Notes: generated by a model from the sequence alone, not told the origin. Counted from the first letter of the stretch, positions 16,106-25,551 are shown. The stretch: DNA of 63,012 nt from Gammaproteobacteria bacterium (GCA_024232855.1 JAAEPH010000258.1:1-63012), one strand, 5' to 3'. Numbers and translations: made by a program.

Positions 16106-17237
16106 CGAAAACTTTATTGATGTTAGCTATGTTATCCATGCGTTCGAAGAATGCATCGATGCAAATCGGATCGAACTGACTGCCCGCGTGTTTGTGCAGG
16201 TAGTCCTGGGCATCCGCGGTCGACCAGGCGCGCTTGTATGGCCTCGGGGAAGCCAGTGCATCGTAAACATCGGCGACAGCCACTATGCGCGCCACCAGTG
16301 GTATGTCTTTACCGGATAGACCGTTCGGGTAACCGCTGCCATCGAAACGTTCGTGGTGATTGAGAGCAATAATTGAACCGGTTTGTATGTAGCGTGACTG
16401 GCTGTTGGATAAAATTGCGTGTCCGATTCGCGTATGCTCCTGCATGGTTCTCCATTCCTCCTGCTCGAATTTCCCCGGTTTCAGCAGGATCCTGTCCTGG
16501 ATTCCAATTTTGCCAATGTCGTGCATCGGTGCGGCGTATTCGATTTCATCGCATTCCCTGTCGTTGAGACCCAGCGCTTCGCCAATTTCACGTGAATATT
16601 TGGCCATGCGTACCACGTGATTTCCGGTTACCTCGTCACGATACTCGCCGGCCTTGGCCAGGCGCAGCAGCGTCTCGTGCTCGCGCGATACAATTTGCTG
16701 GGTAGCCACTTCAACCTGGCGCGCAAGCCAGTCGGCGCGATCCTGGATAATGGATTGCTGCTCCTGCAGCTTCAACAGATTGCGGCAGCTGGTGCGGCAT
16801 TCGATTTGATCGATGGGCCGGGTCAGGAATGCGGTAGCGCCGGCCTCGAGCGCGTCATAGCGTACCGATTTCTCGCTGACCACGGTAATCATCATGATGG
16901 GTATATCCTGGCAGGCGGGCCTGGCGCGGATCTTCTTGATCAGTTCGACACCGTTGATATCGGGCATACGATAGTCGGTAATGATCAAGTCCGGGCGGTT
17001 GTGATCCAGCCATTGCAACGCATCCCGGGGATTGTCGAAAGATTCGACGCTGGCATCTTCCTCGGCTTGCTGGATGATTTTGGTGAGAATCGTCCTTCCG
17101 GTCGATTCGTCGTCGACGATCAATACATTACGTTGCCGTCGCAGAATACTGAGCCTGTGGGCATTTTCGTATGGTTCGATATTTGAATCCTTTGGGAAAT
17201 CAGTTTTATTGTCTGTGTTCGAAATCAATTCTCTCAC
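16092..17237 (-). CDS. rpfG: RpfG-like response regulator with HD-GYP c-di-GMP phosphodiesterase domain
   Basis: Receiver (VLIVDDE..LIITDYRMPDINGVEL) plus HD-GYP (APMHDIGKIGI ... HHERFDGSGYPNGLSG..IPLVARIVAVADVYDAL). The ORF overlaps the rpfC ORF by up to 14 nt. Confidence 0.88.
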   Translation of the reverse strand: MRELISNTDNKTDFPKDSNIEPYENAHRLSILRRQRNVLIVDDESTGRTILTKIIQQAEEDASVESFDNPRDALQWLDHNRPDLIITDYRMPDINGVELIKKIRARPACQDIPIMMITVVSEKSVRYDALEAGATAFLTRPIDQIECRTSCRNLLKLQEQQSIIQDRADWLARQVEVATQQIVSREHETLLRLAKAGEYRDEVTGNHVVRMAKYSREIGEALGLNDRECDEIEYAAPMHDIGKIGIQDRILLKPGKFEQEEWRTMQEHTRIGHAILSNSQSRYIQTGSIIALNHHERFDGSGYPNGLSGKDIPLVARIVAVADVYDALASPRPYKRAWSTADAQDYLHKHAGSQFDPICIDAFFERMDNIANINKVFGDSE

Positions 17238-17427
17238 CCCGCACTGATTATGTCAGGATCGGTAATCTTAACAAAATCAATGGCTTATGTCGCTTTGGTT
17301 AAAATCTTATAAGTATCTCTGCGATATACTGAACAGAACCCCTTTCTATAGTCAATTAATTCAATATAATCAAGTTTTTAGGAAACTTTTTTAATTAATC
17401 GGATTACAACTTCCGGCTAACTGCGAA

Positions 17428-17889
17428 ATGTCTCATTCGTATACTTATAGTTCAAAAACGAGAATTCGGCAGCTAGTTGGGGCTGTTTTGCCAGTGTTGA
17501 TATTGTTATGGAGCGACGCAGGCTTGACGCAGACAATCGAGCTCAGGCTGGGTCAGGCCAGCTATGAAATCGAACTTGCGAGGACAGCTCGACAGCGGCA
17601 GGCAGGCTTGATGCATCGCCAGCACCTCTCGTCGTCACAGGGCATGTTGTTGATTTATTCACAAGCCGGTGATCATCGCATCTGGATGAAAAATATGCTC
17701 ATACCATTGCGGGTTTACTGGATCGACGAGAATTTCACGGTGGTCGGTGAGCGACGCCTGCAGCCCTGTAGCGTTTCGCCGTGCCCGGTGTATTCCGTTC
17801 CGGGGGACACGCGCTATATTCTTGAACTGGGCGATTACGAACACCGGCTTGCGCGCGGCGACAAGGTCGAAGGCCTTAGCGGATATTAG
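17428..17889 (+). CDS. DUF192 family protein (secreted or periplasmic)
   Basis: Signal-like N-terminus. GLMHRQHLSSSQGMLLIY....IWMKNMLIPLRVYWID.....V matches the DUF192/COG1430 pattern from memory. Confidence 0.7.
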   Translation: MSHSYTYSSKTRIRQLVGAVLPVLILLWSDAGLTQTIELRLGQASYEIELARTARQRQAGLMHRQHLSSSQGMLLIYSQAGDHRIWMKNMLIPLRVYWIDENFTVVGERRLQPCSVSPCPVYSVPGDTRYILELGDYEHRLARGDKVEGLSGY

Positions 17890-19066
17890 CGTCCAACGGT
17901 GGCCTCTTGTTCATCCATAACCAGCACTGGGCCAGCAACGCCAGACCCAGTACCGGGATTGCCGCGGCATTGACCCGTTCCCAGCTCAGCCAGTGCAGCA
18001 GTGCCCCGGCCGAGAAAGACGAGATCGCGGCCACCAAAAACACCACGAAATCGTTAAAGGCCTGTGCCTTGGAGCTCTCTTCAACCCGGTAGGTTTCGCT
18101 GAGCAGGCTGGTGCCGCCGATAAACATGAAATTCCAGCCGATTCCAAGCGCCAGCAGGGCGATCCAGAAATGCCTGACCGTAGTGCCGCTGAAATTGATC
18201 ACAATACAAACCAGCATCAGCGCCACGCCGCACAGAATAATCCGTTGTACGCCGAAGCGATTGATCAGGTGCCCGGTAAAGAAAGAGGGCACGAACATGC
18301 CGAGTACATGCCATTGAATAACAAAAGCAACGTCGCCGAAGTTGTGATGTTGCTGCATCATTTCCAGCGGGGTCGCCGTCATCAACAGGACCATGACACT
18401 GTAGCCGATCGCGGCGCTTGCGACAGCCGCGACGAAAGCCGGCTGCGCGGCGATCTGTAACATCGATCGCGTTGTCGCGCGGTAATCCCGGGCCAGGGGT
18501 TTGGGCAGCTTGATATAGAGGAGATTGATTGCATTGAGGGCGTACAGGACGATCACCGAAAGTAGCGTGCCGAGGTAGGTGAGGGCAAAAACTTCGCGAC
18601 TCAGGTTGGCGAGATTCGGACCGATAAGGGCCGCCGCAACACCACCGGCGAGCACGTAGCTGATCGCGCTGTTCTTCTTTTCCGGTGGCGAAACCTCGAT
18701 CGCGGCAAAACGGAAATAGTGTCCGAAACCGGTGTACATACCGGTACCGAGAGCGCCGATACAAAAAAGCAAAAATGAATCCAGGTAGATTGCCAGCGCG
18801 CCACAGGAGGCGCCTGCCAGACCGATGAGCGAGGCCAGCAAAAAGCCCGATCTGCGACCCACGGCCCGCATCAGCAGCGATGCGGGAATCGTGGTGCACA
18901 TGACCGCCACGAATTGCAAGGCCAGCGGCAGGCTGGCAAGCGCGGGGTTTCTGCTCAGGTGGCTGCCGATGATAGCGGCCGATGTTACCATCAGCGAATT
19001 CACCGACATCATGATCGCCTGCGCCAGTACCAGCTGGAAGACGCTGCGATTCAAAGTATCGTCCAC
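17876..19066 (-). CDS. MFS transporter
   Basis: ~12 hydrophobic segments. The ORF-track N-terminal extension (to 19279) overlaps the upstream gene and is low-complexity. I chose the GTG at 19066 so that TM1 (VFQLVLAQAIMMSVNSLMV) is retained. The start is uncertain. Confidence 0.75.
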   Translation of the reverse strand: MDDTLNRSVFQLVLAQAIMMSVNSLMVTSAAIIGSHLSRNPALASLPLALQFVAVMCTTIPASLLMRAVGRRSGFLLASLIGLAGASCGALAIYLDSFLLFCIGALGTGMYTGFGHYFRFAAIEVSPPEKKNSAISYVLAGGVAAALIGPNLANLSREVFALTYLGTLLSVIVLYALNAINLLYIKLPKPLARDYRATTRSMLQIAAQPAFVAAVASAAIGYSVMVLLMTATPLEMMQQHHNFGDVAFVIQWHVLGMFVPSFFTGHLINRFGVQRIILCGVALMLVCIVINFSGTTVRHFWIALLALGIGWNFMFIGGTSLLSETYRVEESSKAQAFNDFVVFLVAAISSFSAGALLHWLSWERVNAAAIPVLGLALLAQCWLWMNKRPPLDANIR

Positions 19067-19941
19067 AATACGGTTGGAATGACCAGTAGGCTGGCGAAGT
19101 TCGCGATCAGGACGATCGATGCAACCTTCTGCGGCTCCTGGTTGAAGCGTTCGGCGACGAGAAAATTGAGTACCGCCGGGGGCAGGGCGCAGAACAGTAG
19201 CAATATCGACGCCTGCTCTCCGGGCAAGGGCAGCAGTTGAACGAACGGTATTCCGATTGCGAGCCCGCTGAGCGGGCATACCAGCGCGGCCACGCTGCCG
19301 ATGCGCCAGTCGTTCAGGTCGATGGAAATCATGCGCACGCCGAGCGAGAACAACAACAGCGGAATCGAAACCTGGCCGAGCATGTGAATCGGCAAGCGCA
19401 GAAATTCCGGCACCACAAGCCCCGATATGGCCACACCGATGCCGAGGATGGTTGCCAGAATCATCGGGTTTTGAAACACGGCTTTTAACGACCAGCGCTG
19501 CGTGATCATTTGCTGGCCGAGCAGAAAATGCAGGAAATTCTCGATCGCGAACAGTAATACGGCGGCGGGTAGCGCAGTGCTACCAAAGGTCAGTATGATC
19601 AACGGCACGCCCATGTTGCCGGAATTGCTGAACATCATCGGCGGGACGAAAGTCTTCCATTGGTAACCCAGCAAGCGTGCCACGGGCCAGGCGATGAGGC
19701 CCGAGCCGAGCACGACGACGGCGCCGCCAAGGGTCAGTAGCAGGTAGTCGGAAAGGGCGTAGTCACCGGCCGACAGCGTGTCGAAAATAAGCGCCGGTAT
19801 GAAGACTTCCATGTTGACGCGATTGCCCGACGACATATCGGTACCGCGGCGATAACGTGCATACAGGTAACCGGCGGCAACGATGCTGAATACCGGGAAG
19901 ATGATCGCAACAATGCGATAAATAAGTTCAGCTTGCTGCAA
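19051..19941 (-). CDS. AEC (auxin efflux carrier) family permease
   Basis: 296-aa polytopic membrane protein. The N-terminus IFPVFSIVAAGYLYAR... and overall pattern are typical of Mem_trans/AEC proteins. Confidence 0.75.
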   Translation of the reverse strand: MQQAELIYRIVAIIFPVFSIVAAGYLYARYRRGTDMSSGNRVNMEVFIPALIFDTLSAGDYALSDYLLLTLGGAVVVLGSGLIAWPVARLLGYQWKTFVPPMMFSNSGNMGVPLIILTFGSTALPAAVLLFAIENFLHFLLGQQMITQRWSLKAVFQNPMILATILGIGVAISGLVVPEFLRLPIHMLGQVSIPLLLFSLGVRMISIDLNDWRIGSVAALVCPLSGLAIGIPFVQLLPLPGEQASILLLFCALPPAVLNFLVAERFNQEPQKVASIVLIANFASLLVIPTVLWTIL

Positions 19942-20134
19942 CTTCTGGTCTGAGCATTCGCGATGCGGTTTTTCGTCTCACCGACTGTCCTGTCCTTGCG
20001 GTCGGGTGACCGGGATTTATGTTTTGCCGCAAGTCTACCCGAAACCATCCGCAGGCACAGCCTCGGGAATAACTTGCAGTCCGATTGCACGCCAACTACT
20101 GTGCTTTACCCGTTGGATAAAGGCTTTCCAATTG

Positions 20135-20197
20135 ACTTATAAAAACAGGCCCTCTATTCTGCGATATCTGCCCGGGTAACCGGCACTTATAAAAACA
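20135..20197 (+). promoter_or_regulatory. Two copies of ACTTATAAAAACA exactly 50 bp apart upstream of the TRAP operon
   Basis: 13-mer at 20135-20147 and 20185-20197, read directly. The second copy ends 27 nt before the TRAP binding-protein ATG (GGAGGA Shine-Dalgarno sequence at ~20210). Confidence 0.35.
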
Positions 20198-20223
20198 CAA
20201 TACAATAACGGAGGAAATCCTCA

Positions 20224-21318
20224 ATGAAGCGAAGAGATTTTGTCAAAAATACTACCCTGGGTATTGGCGGTCTGGCCGCCGCGAGCGCTTTTCCGGCACC
20301 CGCGATAGCGGCCGGCAGAGAAAAGCTGACCATGGTCACGGCCTGGGGACGTGGACTGGCCGGTGTATTCGATGCCGCCGATCGCGTCGCCAAAATGGTA
20401 ACCGAGATGTCCGACGGCCAGCTGGAGATCGAAATCAAGGCCCAGGGCGAGCTGGTTTCCGGGCTGCCGGCGGTTTTCGACGCGGTGACTTCCGGGCAGG
20501 CCGATATGTATCACGCCGCCGATTATTACTACGTCGGTCAGCATCCTGCTTTTGGATTTTTTACCGCGGTCCCTTTCGGCATGACCGCGATCGAGTTGAA
20601 CAACTGGTATTACTTCATGGGTGGTCACGAGCTGCACCTGGAACTGGGCGAGGAATTCGGCTTGCATAGCTTTCTGGCCGGCAATACCGGGGCGCAGGCC
20701 GGCGGCTGGTTTCGCAAGGAAATCAACAGCGCGTCGGACTTCAAGGGCTTGAAGTTTCGGATGCCGGGACTCGGCGGCAAGGCGCTTGGCAAGCTGGGCG
20801 CTTCGGTTCAGACCATCCCGGGATCGGAGGTATACCAGGCGTTGGCGTCCGGCGCTATCGACGGAACCGAGTGGATTGGTCCGTGGGCGGACGAAAAGGC
20901 CGGCTTTTTCGAAATCACCAAATTTTTCTACACTTCGGGCTTCCATGAACCCGGTTCCGGCCTGGCGCTGGGGATCAACAAGGACCGCTGGGACAAGCTG
21001 AAGCCGAGTCATCAACGGATGATCGAAATCGCGGCGGGCGAAGTGAATATGTGGAACCTGCACCAGTACCAGGCGAATAACTCGCAGGCCCTGGAGCGAC
21101 TCATCGCCAATGGCGTCAAGACCCTGTCATTTCCTGACGACGTCTGGGATGCGTTTGGTGAGGCGGCCCAGGAAGTCATGGAGGAAAACATGGGCGATCC
21201 GCTGTTCAAGAAGGTTTCTGATTCCATGCGCGATTCAATGAAAAAGTCATCCGCCTGGTATTCCATGGCCGAAGCTTCATACACGGCGCAACGAGACCGT
21301 GTGCTCGGTCTGGGCTAG
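20224..21318 (+). CDS. TRAP transporter substrate-binding protein (DctP-type, Tat signal)
   Basis: Twin-arginine leader MKRRDFVKNTTLGIGGLAAASAFPAPAIAAG. The pattern is that of a DctP/COG4663-like periplasmic binding protein. The membrane subunit genes follow it. Confidence 0.85.
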   Translation: MKRRDFVKNTTLGIGGLAAASAFPAPAIAAGREKLTMVTAWGRGLAGVFDAADRVAKMVTEMSDGQLEIEIKAQGELVSGLPAVFDAVTSGQADMYHAADYYYVGQHPAFGFFTAVPFGMTAIELNNWYYFMGGHELHLELGEEFGLHSFLAGNTGAQAGGWFRKEINSASDFKGLKFRMPGLGGKALGKLGASVQTIPGSEVYQALASGAIDGTEWIGPWADEKAGFFEITKFFYTSGFHEPGSGLALGINKDRWDKLKPSHQRMIEIAAGEVNMWNLHQYQANNSQALERLIANGVKTLSFPDDVWDAFGEAAQEVMEENMGDPLFKKVSDSMRDSMKKSSAWYSMAEASYTAQRDRVLGLG

Positions 21319-21341
21319 GCCCGAATAACTGACCGGATCAA

Positions 21342-21365
21342 GGGCCGGGTTATTGAACCCGGCCC
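21342..21365 (+). other. GC-rich intercistronic hairpin (8-bp stem), no T-run
   Basis: GGGCCGGG-TTATTGAA-CCCGGCCC, between the TRAP binding-protein and small-permease genes. Its placement is typical of an mRNA-stabilising or attenuating hairpin. Confidence 0.5.
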
Positions 21366-21455
21366 GTTCATCCCGCCTGAATCCGCGGGAAAACTGGCTC
21401 CAGGTATCTCCAGGTATAAAGGGTTCTTTTATCCCGGTCAGATGATCATCACATT

Positions 21456-22331
21456 ATGGATATCATTACGTCATACCTTTCCGGTTTCGTCGATCTCCTG
21501 AAGCTACCCTACATCATTTACCGGTGGCTCCAGCTCGAGACATTCAAGGAAAAAATGAATGTCATCCTGTTGGCGGGAAATTCCACTGAATTTCTAAACC
21601 TCGTCCTGGCACTGATTACCCTGCTGCTGATCGCGGGGCTGATACGCCCCGGCTTTCTACGCAAAACCGTGTGCGGGCTGGAAAATTTTACCGGGAAAAT
21701 CGGGCATTTCGCTTGCTGGTTCGTGCTGATTATGATGATCCAGCAGGTTTTGATAATCGTCGTGGGCCAGGTTTTTCGCGGTAATGAAGTAGTGCTGGCG
21801 CCATTGGGATTAACCCTGATCAACGAAGAGCTGCAGTGGTTGTCGGGGCAATTGAAACTATACAATGCGATTTTAATTGCCATGGCCTCCGCATTTACGT
21901 TCGTCGAAGGGGGCCATGTTCGCGTCGATATCATTTATAGCCGGCTATCCTACCGGGCTAAAAAAATCAGCGACCTACTGGGCACACTGATTTTCCTGTT
22001 GCCGTCATCAATCCTGTTATGGTGGTTTTCCTGGCCGCTGGCGACCAATTCCATGTTTTCGCAACGCCCGATGAATATCTTTTCCACCAAGGCCAGTTGG
22101 CGGGCGTTCAAGTGGGAGTCTTCGGGTACCGCCGAATTTACCTGGGTATGGTCGTTTAAGCTCCTGATACTGGTGTTCGCCGGATTGATGATCATCCAGG
22201 CGGTTGCCTTCCTGTTGCGCAACGTCCTGGCCCTGCGCGTGCGAGAGGAAATTGAGTCTCACCACCGCATTGATCCAATAGGGGAACAGGATTCAACCGA
22301 CCCGAAAGCTACCGTGGAACACCTGGCCTGA
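21456..22331 (+). CDS. TRAP transporter small permease (DctQ-like), unusually long (291 aa)
   Basis: Multiple TM helices. It lies between the P and M subunit genes. The assignment rests on context and hydrophobicity rather than a strong motif. Confidence 0.7.
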   Translation: MDIITSYLSGFVDLLKLPYIIYRWLQLETFKEKMNVILLAGNSTEFLNLVLALITLLLIAGLIRPGFLRKTVCGLENFTGKIGHFACWFVLIMMIQQVLIIVVGQVFRGNEVVLAPLGLTLINEELQWLSGQLKLYNAILIAMASAFTFVEGGHVRVDIIYSRLSYRAKKISDLLGTLIFLLPSSILLWWFSWPLATNSMFSQRPMNIFSTKASWRAFKWESSGTAEFTWVWSFKLLILVFAGLMIIQAVAFLLRNVLALRVREEIESHHRIDPIGEQDSTDPKATVEHLA

Positions 22332-22358
22332 GACCAATAAAATGAATAAACGGATGGG

Positions 22359-24470
22359 TTGATCATTATGCTGTTTGGATTATCCGGGGTTGAAATTGCC
22401 CTTCTCATTGTCCTGTTCTGTCTGTTTGCCGGCATATTGACGGGGTACCCGGTGGCATTTGCGTTATGCGGCGCGGCTGTGGTCAGCTTCACGATAATCG
22501 CGTTACTCAGCGACGCGGGGCTGTTGTACACCATCGAGTTACACGATGGTGTTACGGAAAAAATACCGGTGCTGGAGGGTGGGTGGCAAAAAGCCATGCT
22601 GTCGACGCTATCCACCTGGGCCCAGGGTGTTTTTGCGCGCGCATTCGGCGGTAATGTCGAAACCCTGCTGGCAGTTCCGCTTTTCGTGATGATGGGGATA
22701 GCGCTGGAGCGTGCGGGGATCGCCGAAGACTTGCTGACTACAATGGCAAAGATATTTCGCGGCCTTCCCGGTGGACTCGCGATTTCGGTTGTATTAGTGG
22801 GTACCTTGCTGGCCGCTTCCACCGGTATCGTAGGCGCCACGGTTGTCACCATGGGGCTGATAGCCTTGCCGACCATGCTGCGTCACGGCTATTCACCGGA
22901 ACTGTCAACCGGGGTGATTGCGACAGCCGGCACGCTGGGACAAATTATTCCGCCGTCGATCGTTATCGTATTGCTCGGTTCGATTGTTGGCGATATGTAC
23001 TCCATCGGCCAGGAAGCCCGCGCCGATGAACTGGGGATGACCGTACTGGAAATGCTGGGGGAACCCGCGGTCCTGTCCACGGGTACATTGTTTAAGGCGG
23101 CGTTTATTCCTGGCCTGTTCCTGGCGCTGCTCTACGCCGCCTATGCCTTTGGCTACGCATTACTCAACCCGAGCAAGGCACCCCCGATAAAATCCCACGA
23201 AACCGATGAGTACGACCTGGCGGCGCATTACGACAATAAAACCGGCTTGATGGTGGCCGCGGTGGTGGGACCGATGGTCGCATTGATAACTCTGTGGGTC
23301 GCATTGGCGGCGTTTGGCATCGTCGGATCGCAGCAAGTCGTCGAAAACCACGCAAATGCGCCGGTGTCGCACGGGATCATGGCGGCGGTCGTAATTCTCG
23401 GTATCTTGATGTGCCTGGCGCAATCCATCAGGCCACATCATAGCCCACGCCCAATTGTTATCGGTTTATTGGGATTGCTGGTCCTGTTTATTATCGATGC
23501 CTGGTTGATCGACCCCGAGGATACCGGTGGCATACGATTTATCTTCTTCCTGCTGCCGGCACTGGCTGTTATTCACGGTTTGAAGGCCGCCATTCCACGC
23601 CTGATGGAGGTTGATGCCCTGCGGGTAGTCTCTCCGCCGATAATCCTTATCATTGCAGTGCTGGGCTCGATCCTGGGGGGCATTACCAACCCGACCCCGG
23701 CGGCTGCCCTGGGCGCAGCCGGCGCCGTTATGCTGGCGGCCTCGTATAAGTTGAAAAACGACGCCAGGGGACAGCGAATTATCGTGTGGTCGTCGCTGGG
23801 GGTGCTGGTAATGTTGTTGCTGCGCGCCAATTTCGATCTGCGTATGACCCTGGACGAGATCAACTTTGAAAGCCTGATCGCCATCGTGGTTGCCCTGATC
23901 GCTTTTCACGTCGCTATATTCGGGCTGGCGTTCGCATGCTGGGTGTTGATTCGGCAGGGCATCATGAAACAAGTTGTGCGCGAGACAACGAAAGTGACGA
24001 GCATGGTGTTTGCAATCCTCATCGGCTCGTTATTCCTGAGCCTGACGATCCGTTCTTTCGGTGGCGAGGAATACATTCAGGAAATTCTGAAATCTTTCGA
24101 CGATCCCAGAGTCCTGTTACTGGTTGTCATGGGGGTATTGTTTTTTCTCGGTTTTGTACTCGATTTTATCGAGATTATCTTTATCGTGATTCCCATCGTA
24201 GGGCCGGTGATCTACAGCGCCGATCCGGCATTGATGCCCCCCGAGTGGATCACGATCCTGATTGCGGTGAATCTGCAGACATCCTTTATTTCCCCGCCAT
24301 TCGGCTTTGCCCTGTTTTACTTGCGAGGGGTGGCTCCGCCGAGTATTACCACCGGGCATTTATATCGTGGCATTATGCCCTTCGTCATAATCCAGGTGAT
24401 CGGCCTGATCATTCTCTGGAACTTTCCTGCCCTTACGACTTTCTTCCCCGAGCTAGTACCCGCGCAGTAA
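22359..24470 (+). CDS. TRAP transporter large permease (DctM-like), unusually long (703 aa)
   Basis: DctM-like N- and C-terminal blocks (PLFVMMGIALERAGIAEDL, TGIVGATVVTMGLIALP, GTLGQIIPPS; C-terminal SFISPPFGFALFYLRG). These are separated by ~250 aa of extra hydrophobic sequence. The start may be 22359 (TTG) or 22368 (ATG). Confidence 0.8.
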   Translation: MIIMLFGLSGVEIALLIVLFCLFAGILTGYPVAFALCGAAVVSFTIIALLSDAGLLYTIELHDGVTEKIPVLEGGWQKAMLSTLSTWAQGVFARAFGGNVETLLAVPLFVMMGIALERAGIAEDLLTTMAKIFRGLPGGLAISVVLVGTLLAASTGIVGATVVTMGLIALPTMLRHGYSPELSTGVIATAGTLGQIIPPSIVIVLLGSIVGDMYSIGQEARADELGMTVLEMLGEPAVLSTGTLFKAAFIPGLFLALLYAAYAFGYALLNPSKAPPIKSHETDEYDLAAHYDNKTGLMVAAVVGPMVALITLWVALAAFGIVGSQQVVENHANAPVSHGIMAAVVILGILMCLAQSIRPHHSPRPIVIGLLGLLVLFIIDAWLIDPEDTGGIRFIFFLLPALAVIHGLKAAIPRLMEVDALRVVSPPIILIIAVLGSILGGITNPTPAAALGAAGAVMLAASYKLKNDARGQRIIVWSSLGVLVMLLLRANFDLRMTLDEINFESLIAIVVALIAFHVAIFGLAFACWVLIRQGIMKQVVRETTKVTSMVFAILIGSLFLSLTIRSFGGEEYIQEILKSFDDPRVLLLVVMGVLFFLGFVLDFIEIIFIVIPIVGPVIYSADPALMPPEWITILIAVNLQTSFISPPFGFALFYLRGVAPPSITTGHLYRGIMPFVIIQVIGLIILWNFPALTTFFPELVPAQ

Positions 24471-24479
24471 GCTCGGAAT

Positions 24480-25094
24480 TCAGGTTTTAACGCCTATTCG
24501 GTTGCTCGTCGGGGCATCCGACGGTAGCGTTTTTAAACGCTCCCAGGCCAGGCGAACATCGGCATTTACCGTATCGGCCTGGATTCCCAGAAAGCGTGCC
24601 GGAATAGTATCGGGCTGCAGCACCGAATCCGGGTGCCCCTTGGGAAAAGTGGCGCTGTGGCTGAAGAAGAGGAAACCGTGCAGGTTGATATTGCCGGTGA
24701 CCAGTTTGAGCGCGGTGAGCTGGTTTTCCAGTTCGAACAGCGGATTTTCAAACTTGAAGCTCTGTTGCCCGATGACCTGGGCCCATTCCGAAATCTCCTC
24801 GGCACAGTAGATATTGCCGACATAGCGCTTGTACGATATCAACAGGATCGCATCCCGGGTCAGCGCGAGGCGGTCGATGCTGTAATGGCCATCGAGACCG
24901 TCGGGGCAGACCAGGTCGCGCATCTGTTCACAGCCGATGCGATTGAGACAGTCCCGCAGGCGCCATTCACGAAAACGGACGATTATGTGGCGGCGGTTTA
25001 TGAACAAAATCAACAACACAGCCAGGCCGACGATCGCATAGGCAACGATATCGGGTTGCAGGTTGTTGGGGTCTATTATTTCGCTGGAGTCCAT
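24480..25094 (-). CDS. Membrane-anchored NERD-domain-like protein
   Basis: N-terminal TM helix (IVAYAIVGLAVLLILFI). This is followed by YSIDRLALTRDAILLISYKRYVGNIY.....W...........NPLFELENQLTALK, resembling the NERD nuclease-related pattern from memory. Confidence 0.5.
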   Translation of the reverse strand: MDSSEIIDPNNLQPDIVAYAIVGLAVLLILFINRRHIIVRFREWRLRDCLNRIGCEQMRDLVCPDGLDGHYSIDRLALTRDAILLISYKRYVGNIYCAEEISEWAQVIGQQSFKFENPLFELENQLTALKLVTGNINLHGFLFFSHSATFPKGHPDSVLQPDTIPARFLGIQADTVNADVRLAWERLKTLPSDAPTSNRIGVKT

Positions 25095-25195
25095 GCGTAG
25101 GCATAATATCCAAACTCATCCAAATTTCCATCGCAAATTGCGATTGAGGATCGAAAAAATTACACTTTGCTCGCTGATTCGAGAACGATTCTGAT

Positions 25196-25551
25196 ATGAC
25201 CGCCCCCCAACTCACCGTAAAGCAGCTTTTCGACCGCGAAAGCTGCACCTATACCTACCTGCTCGTGACTTTGACATGAACGACCTGCACCGGGTCTGGC
25301 AGGACCTTCCCGAGAACACGCTGGTCATGGACAATCGCACCACAGAGGAATTCGCGCGCGGACATGTTCCGGGCAGCCGCAATATCCCGATGGACACCGA
25401 AAACGCGCGGGTGGATGAATTGAAGCAGTACGACCAGATTTACCTCTACTGCCGCTCGGACCGCCGCAAAAGAATTACCGACGTCCACGCCTTAAAGCTG
25501 TCTCATTTGCGAAAACGGGGCTTCGATTTCTCAGCAAGCCGATCATCTTAG
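25196..25551 (+). pseudogene. Remnant of a persulfide dioxygenase (ETHE1-like MBL)-rhodanese fusion gene
   Basis: 25196-25279 encodes MTAPQLTVKQLFDRESCTYTYLLV, then a stop. This is the characteristic N-terminus of ETHE1/PDO-type MBL enzymes. A different frame from 25276 encodes a rhodanese fragment (EEFARGHVPGSRNIP...IYLYCRSDRR). The ~230-aa MBL core is missing. Confidence 0.65.

Noticed and set aside
18081-18899. A 272-aa ORF, plus several 60-150-aa ORFs overlapping the MFS transporter gene.
   Set aside because: These are alternative frames of a clearly hydrophobic 12-TM transporter ORF. Their composition is Arg/Pro-rich and they show no motifs.
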